Below are positions 1-10,600 of a DNA stretch of 32,532 nucleotides, piece after piece. The translations under genes and the position numbers were made by a program. Numbering within the stretch: the stretch's first letter is position 1; each line of letters starts with the position of its first letter. Origin of the DNA: Catajapyx aquilonaris. Lineage: Eukaryota. Below the pieces are notes generated by a model. The model was given only the letters and a program-made list of their open reading frames with translations. It was not told the DNA's origin and did not search any database. The stretch is taken from NCBI GenBank assembly GCA_000934665.2, contig JYFJ02004423.1, positions 1 to 32,532 on the forward strand. The letters run 5' to 3'.

Positions 1-3
1 ACT

Positions 4-760
4 CTGACAGCTAACAACTGAAATAAATACTATTCTACTTTGGGCAGTGAATTTCTGTGGGGTCAGGCACAGATTGCTGCCGCTACGTTTATTTTTTTAC
101 TTAGAGGGATGTAAAAATGTTAATAATGAACCTCAGGGGCCACACAAACCCAAAACCAGGATTAAAATTAATTACAAAAAATCTACCACGGAAAGAAAAT
201 ATATTTATGGCTAATTTTTTTTTCAAAATCGATACACCACATTGATATCACATTTAACGGTTTCTCTGCGTGGCCTGATCAGTCACCAGAGGATTCATTA
301 TAATGGTCGTTCGAGATGGCCAGGTGGACTATAAGCCCTACCTGGTCATCGCTGGTAACCCCATCTTGATGGGAATATGCCGTGAATGAATGTATGTATG
401 TATGTATGTATGTATGTATTTATTAATAAATTAAAATGTGACAATATTGTTTATTTAGAACTCAGTACGATGATAATTTCAATTCGATTAATGTAACATG
501 GCTTTAAAATGCCTTCATTAAAAATGCACAGAAAGTGTCAAATCTGCATGGGATTATAAATGTTTTTAAATTCCGTGGTAGATGTTTTTGCAATTAATGT
601 CAATACAGGTTTTCGGTTTGTGTGGTCCCTCAGGTTCATTATTAAAATTCACGTCTCGCCAAGTAAGGAATGAACGTAGAGACGGCAATTTTAACCAGAC
701 CCCACAAAAATTCACGATCCAAGGCATAATAGTATTTATTTCAGCGGTTTTAACTATCAA
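4..760. repeat. Long imperfect inverted repeat (arms about 4-193 and 571-760); foldback/MITE-like
   Basis: Blocks CTGAAATAAATACTATT, GTGAATTT(C/T)TGTGGGGTC, TTAATAATGAACCT, CCACACAAACC and ATCTACCACGGAA recur colinearly as reverse complements. Confidence 0.75.
391..419 (+). repeat. (TGTA)n microsatellite
   Basis: About 7 TGTA units, preceded by TGAATGAA. Confidence 0.9.
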
Positions 761-1013
761 ATTAACTTCAACTTGAGTATCCTCCTAGCTCTATTGTTAC
801 TATTCATAATTATTCATTGCATTCTTCAATGCGTAGATCATAATATGGATGTGCATGCATTCGATTCTAACATGTGGCCTCCCGTCTTTTTATCTTTGAG
901 GCAAGGAGATAAGCAGCATGGTGTCTGTGCCCCCCAACCCCCCCNCCCCGGCTTTGCCTGCCACCCTACCTCCCCTCACCTAGCCTCTACTACCAAGGTC
1001 TGTGTCGTGTAGT

Positions 1014-1075
1014 GGGCGGCCCACACATCAGGATGAACTGAACCCGTTTCGTTCATCCTGGCGTGTGAGCTACCC
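1014..1075. repeat. Short hairpin / mini-MITE
   Basis: GGGCGGCCCACACATCAGGATGAAC versus GTTCATCCTGGCGTGTGAGCTACCC: 25-bp arms, 20/25 complementary. Confidence 0.6.
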
Positions 1076-1427
1076 CGCTCGACGGACAATTCTTTTTCAA
1101 ATGTTGATACAGGTGAGGCCCTGAGACATGGTTATTTCGCAACGTGTTGTGCGGGATTGCTCTGAATAGCCAGGATAACGTTGGAAATCGGCTCGCAAGG
1201 GAAGTGATTCAATCAATATGTCGGGCACTGTACATCTCTGAGCGAAAGTAACAATTGTGGGAAGAATCTATTTTCGCCCCAAACAATATTGGTCTCATCG
1301 CTGCACATTGCTGATCAAATCGCTCACATGTAAACGCGGCCATAAGTAGTTCAGAAACTTGGCAGTGTTATGAGGTGATTGACAAGTAATTTCAGTGTGC
1401 GATTAATTTCTTGTCTTTTTTTTTCAG

Positions 1428-1673
1428 GACTGCCACATTTTGATCTTCACCAGCACTGGTGGTGTGTCTGACCACCTGTCCTTGCATCCTCAACTGGAGA
1501 CTGGCAACTTCATCATCAAGGCATTGTGGCTTCCTGGATCCCAGACAGAACTGGCTCTGATCACCACTGACTTTGTCAAGATTTACGACCTCGGGTCAGA
1601 TGCCCTGAGTCCGCAGTACTACTTCTTGCTGCCCAGCGAAAAAATACGGGACTGCACATTTGTGTTTCCAGAG
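1428..1673 (+). CDS. UBR4: UBR4 exon (window exon 1), beta-propeller region
   Basis: ttttcag|GAC...GAG|gtgcgg; [28 protein letters not shown]...FVFPE. Confidence 0.93.
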
Positions 1674-4600
1674 GTGCGGTGCTCAATGACAAATGAGTTT
1701 CATTTATGTCTAAAGAGAGTGTCTAATTTCTGTATTGCTTATAGGATGGATCTCGCCATATGTTGCTGATGTCCACTGCTGGTTACATATACAGCCAGCC
1801 TTTGGTGGAGGAGAGCTCAGCTAAGCATGGGCCCTTTTACGTCACCAACATTTTGGATGTTCGCCACAGTGACGTTGAGGTATGTGCCACTGTGAAGGTG
1901 TTGTCCTTTTGGCAGGACTTGACGCAGATTTCTATTCCTTTCTAGGATGCACATGATGAAGTTTGCGGAGGAGGCATTTCCATATACTACTCACATGCCC
2001 TGCAGCTGCTGTTCTTTAGTTACGTGGAGGGCCGCACCTTCATGGCCCCTCTCTCTGACATGGGACAGGAGCTGACTAGAGTTTTCCCGATTCAGGTCAG
2101 GTCGACTAATGGGGGGTCAAGTGGAGGGGGAGGAGGAGGAGGAGGAGGAGGAGGACTCATGCACAGCAGTGAGTTAATTTATTGCACAGTCTGTGGACCC
2201 GTCTCTCTGAAAAGATGAGCGTGTGTGCACATTTTTATCTGCCATTGTCGGCATGTAGTATGGCATGAAATCCTAAAGGTGCGTTCACATATACGCGGAG
2301 TAAACACTTGCGAGCGAATTTTCTGTTTCGCTTTTTCGCGTCTTTTACATCACGAAGAGTGCGAATTTTTGAAAAATTTTCCAGGCATTTTTGTATCCGC
2401 TATTCGAGAAAACTTACTCGCTAGTTATGGAGCATGCGCTGTGCAGCGCAGGTAGGAGGGAGGACGGGGTCGGGGTTGGTGTGGGCAGGGGGAGGTCTTG
2501 GCTGCGAAAGATGGCGGAGCCCTGTGCTGCGGAGGCAGCCGGCATGGCAGTGAAAATGCTGCTGAACCGACCTCGGAAGGGCGTCCAGGTCACAGTGCAC
2601 CAAGGGGGGCAAGAGCTGGACATGGTCGGGAGTTAGCGACAAAAAAATAGGTAACTTCCGAGCTCGGGCATCCGCATTCCTAACATGGCCGAGGAAGGCC
2701 GACAAATCCGCGTGGCGGCGCTGGGTGGCTCGAACCAGCTCTATAATTCGCTCGCGTCAAAAAAACGCTTCTATCTGGCTCTGCCAGAGGAGCGCGATTT
2801 TTAGTTTAGTCGCGTGAGTGACCAAAATTAGCTCGCGTCTAGGAGAAAACCGCCGATACGTGAATGCCTTTGGCCAGACGCGAATAAGCTGAAAGCTGAA
2901 ATTCGCTCGCTTTTGAGCAAAATCGCGTATATGTGAACGCACCTTAATGTGTGAAATTGGCTATGCTCTTGTTCCCCCCTGGAATTTTAATGAACAGGTT
3001 TTCCTTGTCACTAAACCCAATGTTCTCATTTCAAAGGCAATAATCCAGTCATACTGATGGTGAAGCCTGATGGAATCCTGGTGCAGGAGATCAAGGGTAC
3101 TCCAACCAAGGCCAAGGTGATGGACATGGTGGCCCTCCGTCATGTGGCCGCTGGTTCCTCTGCACAGGAGCAGCGAACGACGCTCATCCTGCTGTGTGAG
3201 GATGGGAGTCTGCGGATCTACATGGCCAGCATGGAGCACACTGGCTTCTGGCTCTCTCCCAGCATGCAGCCACAAGGATGCGGAGTGGGGCTGGTGGGAA
3301 GTGGAGGAGGAGGAGCAGTGAGACCAGCCAGGAAAAAGAAGGCAACCAAGGCTGGGAAACCAGCAGGTTAGTTATAGGCAACGAGAGGAAGGAACGGGAA
3401 GAAATGGAGAGATTATTAAACTATTCCTGCACATATATGCAAATATAGCAACTTTTATAGTAATGAAATTGATTCAGAGGCATATGTATTGATTCGAAGC
3501 ACTTTGGAGGTATTTCAGTGGTGCTCTAATGTGCATCATTGTTGAAATCTTTGCATATGAAATTGAAGTATTTTTCTCATTACTGCTGTGATTATGTGAA
3601 AGGTGTTATTGTTGTGCTAATTGAGTGCTTTTTTTCCGCTGCAGCTGGGGCTGTGACTTTCCCAACTGACTTCTTTGAGCATTGCCAACAGATGAACGAT
3701 GTGGAGTTTGGTGGAGCAGATATTCTGCAGGTGTATAATGTGCAGCAAGTCAAGCACAGGCTCAACACTACAGGTAAGTGAGGATGCACGAGGACTTGAA
3801 GAATAGTGTCAAAATGGTTTCTTCTTTCCAGGAATGTACATAGCGTCGACCAAGCTGACAGGCTTCAGCCTCGATGTGACGAATTCAGACAACTCGATGG
3901 TGATGACTGGGATTCGTGTCCTTCTGGGAACCCAGGATGTTCTGAGGGTACCGTCATGCATAGAGGTATGTTGTTTGATTCGGAAGCTCTTTGATGGGAA
4001 ATTATTAGGATGTAGGAAGTTTGGTACAAGTGCTCACTATTTAATCTTCCAGATCTTTGGGCGCAGCCTACAGGTAAATCTGACCCATAGCCGCTGGTTC
4101 GACTTTCCATTTGCACGTGAGGAGAGTCTCCAGGCGGACAAGAAGTTGACGATTGGATTTGGCCCCTCTGCTGATCCTGCTGGGGTCACCATGGTCGATT
4201 CAGTCAAAGTGTAAGTTGTGGTCAGCTCATTATTTTGTAGTTCCTTTGGGTAACATTATTTGTTTGTAGTAGTAAGCCCAAGATTTTACATGGAAATGCG
4301 ATTCTTAAGATATGCTTTTACTAACCTGGAGGGTGCAGTTTATTTAGTTCCGAAAGAAGTTGTAGTTTTACGTCATACAAAAGTCATGGCAACTCGCCCA
4401 ATAATTTTCCAAATTAATTGGAAAAAATAACGGTATGTACTTACCTCAGTTAATTTTGACCTTTTCATGTGCAGGTATGGGAAAACTAAGGATGCATTTG
4501 GGTGGCCAGACGAAACGGATGATTTCCCTGTTGTGGGAACTGCCTCGAGCACCAGTGTTGCTGGAGTTCCTTCTGTTGATAGCGAACTGTCTCTTGGGGC

Positions 4601-7600
4601 CTCGTCTCCGTTGACCTCTTTGGATCGCCTGGTGTCTGGTGGACTTGAGATGCTTGATGGGTGCTTCAGCATCACTAGTGCTGCCACTTCACTCAGATCT
4701 ACTGCCTTAGATCTGGCGACATCTCTGCTGACTGTCTCGACACCTCCAAGCGTTCAGCAACAGACCAAGGCACTCTTGGCAACCCTTCATCCAAATAAGA
4801 TGGCCTACCATGGCCACAAGGACCAGGCTGTTTTAGGAAATGCCCTCAGATCACTGTGTGCTTTAAGAGACGAACCAGAAGCGAATGATCTAGACTCTGA
4901 AGCTTTCTACCAATTGGTGCTTTTGGCACGTGGAGTTGCTGCATCACGTCCGCAGAACCTGGTGCGATTTACTGACTGTGAAGAGTCAGATGCGAAGCAG
5001 TTTGTCCCATTGCTGATGGAAGGATTCTGGCGCCTGCAGAGGGCAAGGCCAGCCAATCCAGCGTTGGTTCCTGTGTGCGTTCCAGGTCTGACACATGTTG
5101 AGTCATGTGTTCAGGCTGTGGTAGAAGTGTTGCACGCCTTCGCAGCAAGCGACTTGGACAGCATTCCAGCGGTTGCAGGCTTGTACCGAGAACTTCTCTT
5201 GTGTGAAGATCCCGTCGTTAGCTTTGCAGCCAAGCAGGCTCTGGTTCGCAACCTGAGGCCTCGAGTCAGGAGGAGGAGGGTGTTCATACCCAGCCCACCT
5301 CGCTGCAGCACTCCAGGAGCAGGGGAAAGTGCTGAAGCAGGTGAAGGCACAGGAAAGGGATCAGGGCGAAGTGTAGTAGGAGCAGTCACACCTCAGCAGG
5401 AGCAAGTTGCGCCTCTGGCCGAGATGGCTGAAGCAGAGCCTCAGTATGAGGTAAGACCGGTGTTCGTTACTATTGTGGTACTTCTTGCACATTAGATGTA
5501 CATAAACTAGAAGGTCACAACCACATCTCGAGTGTATCTGGCCTTAGAGTATAAAGGCATGTAAGATGGTGAGTTTGGTACTATGCTGAAGCTCTACTAA
5601 TGTTCTGATCATGTTGATTCAGGTGGAAACTGTGGAGCCAGGTCTCCTTCTGGGCGAGGCAGGCCGTGCTGAAGCAGGTGAACTACTTAACGCCAACCCC
5701 CTGGAAGCCCTCCTGGGTGTCCAGGGCAACTTTCCGCCCTTGTTAGATCTCCCTCCCGATGCCGAGGATGAAGCCATGGTTGAGCTGGCCATTGCCTTGA
5801 GTCTGCAGGAGCAAGAGGGAGGTGAAGGAGCTCTCCATGGATTCCATCAGGAGCTCCAGGGCATCCAGCAGGGGCTCCAGTCCCTTCAGTCCCTCTCAGG
5901 ACTCCAGCATCTTCAAAATTTGAGTGGGCAAGCTCTGCAGAGCCTCCAGAATTTTCAGGTAAATGGAACTTTTGATGTTGGTACGCTTTCATCGCGAAAA
6001 AGTAAAGCAGATTTGGCCGCAGTCATTTAATAGAAAAGTATTGACAAATGAGCATTGGCATCTCTAGGTACTAGCCTCTCAGGGCTTGAATCAACACCAC
6101 CATGGTCACCATCACCATCAACATAACAACCAAGGGCAGGCCCAGGGGCAGGCTCAGAGCAGCGGGGCAGCTCAAGAGGCTGGGGGCCACTATTCAGACA
6201 CAACTGCCTCTGCGGGAGGTTCTGATGACGAGGGTTCGACTGCCGCTACTGATGGAAGTACTCTGAGGATGTCTCCTGCTGAGCAAGGCGGAAGTGTGGG
6301 ATCTGAGTCTGGAGGAAGTGCAGTTGATAGCATTACTGGGGAACATAACGTGTCTGGAAGGAGCTCGGCATATGGCGACAATCCACCGGAATCAACAGTT
6401 GGTGCCAGAAGTGAAACCAGTTCGCTGGGGATGTCCTCGGGATTTCCAGTGAGTATTGGGCAAAGTTTCCGAGTGCAACTTGCAATGTTCCTGTCGGTAG
6501 TAACTGCATGTACTGTTTCTTGCAGCCGAATGATCCTGAGAACCCAGAACCTGAACCGGATAGTGATACTGGCATCCAGCTGCACAGCCTGAGGCTTCAC
6601 CTCCTGGAAAAGCTCATCCAATATCTTCCTGAACTGAGGGATGTTGGAGGGGTCAGGGCCATCCCCTTCCTCCAGGTCAGTTTGCAACCGGGGAGATTTC
6701 ATTGGCATTCAGACACATTCCCAACTAATAAGCGGCTTCATTTCCCTGCAGGTTGTCCTCCTCCTGACCTCCGACCTAGATGGGGAGGAGGAAAAAGACC
6801 GCGCTTGCCTGGACTCTCTTCTGAAGATGATTATCGGGGAACTGCAGGCTGGGTGTGCTGATTTGACGTCTGTAGGAGAAAGGACTAGAGTCAGGGAGGT
6901 GCAATTGGTAGTGATGCGCCTGCTGAGTGAGTCGTTCATGGGTATTGTTGTATTTTTCTGTCGTGCGCTCTCTTCTAGCTGGCATGCTTTCTGGCCAATA
7001 CGTTTTAGAGGCGTTCAAATGATGCTGGTTTTCTGACAGCGATGTTTTTGTGTGACAATTGTTATCAAACTCTTTACACTTGGAGGGCATAGTTAGAAAA
7101 GTGACTGTGCAACCTGTCTAATATATAATAATAATATAATAATATCCGAGTAGTGCTTGGCCTTCTCGGCATGTAGCACGGACCTTTATTTTGTACGATG
7201 TACATATTTGGAACCTAATTATTGAAGTGCCCGATCAACCTGTCTAATGGAGTTGACAATGTGTAGAAAACCATTACATTGTTTGAACACATCAGAAATG
7301 CATGCGCAAAGCTTTCTTGCTTTACTCACCACTTAATTTCGTATTGCTTTGCAGGTGTGTTGATATCCCGGTCACGCTCCAGCAGCAAGCAGGCATCGGA
7401 TGCGTCCAGCTTTGTGGCGTCAACAACTGCAACCGCATTGCTGAAAGTAGGGGCCATAGATCATTGCCTGCAAATCCTCCAGGCTCTTCTTCCAAGCTGG
7501 AAATCAATGCCTATAGAGGACCAGTCGCCGGGCATCGGCTCTTCCCTGCTGAGGCCCCGACCTCCGACCCCACCACCGGACATGTCCCCATTCTTCCTTC

Positions 7601-10600
7601 GCCAGTACGTCAAGGGCCATGCAGGCGATGTGTTTGAGGCCTATCCACAGCTCCTGACTGAGATGGCATTGCGCCTGCCCTATCAGATCAAGAAAGTGGC
7701 CGAGACCATTTCGTCAGTTCCTGCTCCAGTATTTGACCAGGTGGGCGGGATTTAGGGTCACTGTACAAGTTGCTTTGAATATTACGGTGGAGCTATGTTT
7801 TGGCGAGTAGATGTTGTAATTTGTGGACTATCGGTGCTGTTTATTTTTAGGCATGGTACTCGGTGCTGTGTGAATACTTAATGATACATCAGACACCATT
7901 TGTTCGACGGCAAGTGCGGAAGCTGTTACTATACATCTGCGGGAGTAAGGAGAAGTACAGGCAGCTCAGGGACCTGCACGGTCTCGAGTCACACATCAAG
8001 GTACGAGAGATGTATTCAAATGACAGCTTGAAAACAAAAATTACCGTTATTCTGCTCCCAGCAATATTTCTGTCCAGCTTACCATTGAGTTATGATTCTA
8101 ACTTATTTCTTCTGGTTTCCTTCCTTCCTTCCTTTGAAAACTTAATTATGAGTAATCATTATGAAGTGGCATTACCTATGGCAAAATGTAGTCAAAGTTT
8201 GTTAATATTGATTGTATTGATTAAGCTCCAGTTCTGGCTGAGGTTCATTAATATGAGCAGAGGTGATTGTACGTAAGTTGGTTCTAAAGTGTTGTGTTGC
8301 TTTTCAGGCTGTGCGTAACCTTTGTGCTCAAGGAGGATTTGACGCCCATTCGAAGGCCCCTGCCCCAATCCACCTGTCGTATGATGCTCTGATTGACCTG
8401 ATTGAGCATCTGAAGGCATGTGTGGAGATAGCCACCACTCGCACCCCGAACTGGCAGTGTTTCTGCCTGCGAGAGGACTCCACTCTGCCATTTCTGCTCC
8501 GAGTCAGCTGCTTCCTGGATGGCACTGTTTGCCCCCCGTTGCTGCAGCTGTTGCAAGGTGCCATCTGCAGCACCAAGGGAGGTGTGGGTCAGGAAGTAGC
8601 GGCAATGACCTCGAGTCCAGCCAAGTCATCCAGGAAGGAGAAGGAGGAGGCAGGAAGGAGCAGCGAAGAGGCGCAGTGCACTGCTCTGGTGGCCCAGATC
8701 AACCGTCAAGTGGACCGGAAGCTGCTGGCCCGATTTGTCTCCAACTTCTTGCTGGAGACTAACGCCACCAACGTTAGAATCCAGGCCCACTCCCTGCTTG
8801 TCAGCATATACCGGTTTTCCCAGCCGGCAGACCGAGAAGTCCTTCTGGACTTGCTCTGGAGTTTGTGGCCGCAGCTTCCAGCATACGGTCGTAAGGCTGC
8901 TGAATTTGTTGATTTGCTGGGCTACTTCTCGCTGAAGTCGTCGCAACCAGAGAAGAAGGTATTGTGCCTGTTTAAGATAGTAACAAGCGTTGAACTAATG
9001 GTGTAATATTGTACAGATGCAGACGTATGTGGAGCAAGCTGTGTCTGTCCTCCGTGCGGAGAACCAAGCTCTAGCCAACCATCCCAATGCAAACATTTAC
9101 AACAGTCTGTCTCAGCTGGTTGAATTTGACGGGTACTACCTGGAGAGCGATCCCTGCCTTGTGTGCAACAATCCGGAGGTGCCCTTCACCAGCATCAAGC
9201 TTTCATCCATCAAGGTGGGGGAAGTTTAATTCTCTGTGCGTGTCCTTGTGTGTTGCGGGGGGAGAGAGGAAAGCGTGAGAGCAAACGTGGGTTATGTCAC
9301 ACCAAAAAGTGTGAAACTCTGGAGTTCTTCAGGTTACACTGAACGTATTTTTTTTGTTTTTCATTTTTTTATTGTCTTCTCCCACATTTCATGTCTGTTT
9401 GAAGGACTTCTTGGGCCAGGATGCCAAGAAATTGTTCATCAGAGGAGAGAAAGAGTGTGGTCCGAAGGCATGTTTTTTCCAAAGTTATCTCTTCTCAGCT
9501 TCTTGTTCACACACACAGTTCCCCCCCTTGCCCCCTGACCCCTTGCCTGACCAATTCAGGCTTTTTTATATTCTTGGAACTTCGTCGTTTCAAACCGTTG
9601 CTGCCCGTCAGTGTTCACAGTCATGTTTATATACAGTATATACATGGCCCACCCCCCAACCCCTGCCCCATGTTTGTCTCTTTGGGTGTTGTTGTAAGTG
9701 TACGGTGCTCCAGCCTGTTTAATGTGCTTGAATTCTTACTTTTTTTCCCCCTTGTCTTTTGGTCGAAAAAGGTGGACTCGAAGTTCACAACCACCACCCA
9801 GATTGTGAAGCTGGTGGGAAGCTACATGGTGAGCAAGATCACCTTGCGCATCGGCGACCTCAAGAGGACCAAGATGGTCAGGGCCATCAACATCTACTAC
9901 AACAATCGGAGTGTGCAGGCTGTGGTGGAGCTCAAGAATAGGCCATGTGAGTCAATAATTTGGATTTTTAAAAGTTGTCGCTTTTGTGCACATGAGGACA
10001 GGACTTTGTACGGATATGGGACAGTTGGGAGTACAGCGTATATCAATTTTCCAAATCTCTACTTGCAGCAATGTGGCACAAGGCGAAGAAGGTGGTTCTT
10101 GCTGCGGGGCAGAGCGAGCTGAAGGTGGAGTTTCCGGTGCCGATCGTGGCCTGTAACCTGATGCTGGAGTATGCAGAGTTTTATGAGAATATGCAGGCGT
10201 CCTCTGAGACTCTGCAGTGTCCTCGTTGCTCTGCCTCTGTGCCGGCGACTCCAGGGGTGTGCGCCAATTGCGGGGAGAACGTGTATCAGTGCCACAAGTG
10301 TCGGGCAATCAATTATGATGAGAAGGATCCCTTCCTGTGCCACGCTTGTGGGTTCTGCAAGTATGCCAAGTTCGACTACACCCTGACAGCACGGCCGTGT
10401 TGCGCAGTTGATCCCATTGAGTCAGACGAGGATCGCAAGAAAGCTGTTTCCACCATCAACTCCTTGCTGGAAAAGGCTGATCGTGTTTACAAGCAGCTCA
10501 TTGCCAACAAGCCCTCTCTGGAGGTCCTGCTCTTGAAGATAAGTGAGCAGCGATTGGATCGGGGCACTGAGGACGGCAGTGCTGGTGGCCAGTTGTCACC

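Noticed and set aside
2391..2942. ORFs inside the MITE as a transposase
   Set aside because: Short, with no DDE or Myb/SANT motif; the element is too small to be autonomous.
9421..10122. 233-aa ORF as one long exon
   Set aside because: Only 9772-9946 resembles UBR4; the rest is pyrimidine-rich intron that happens to stay open.
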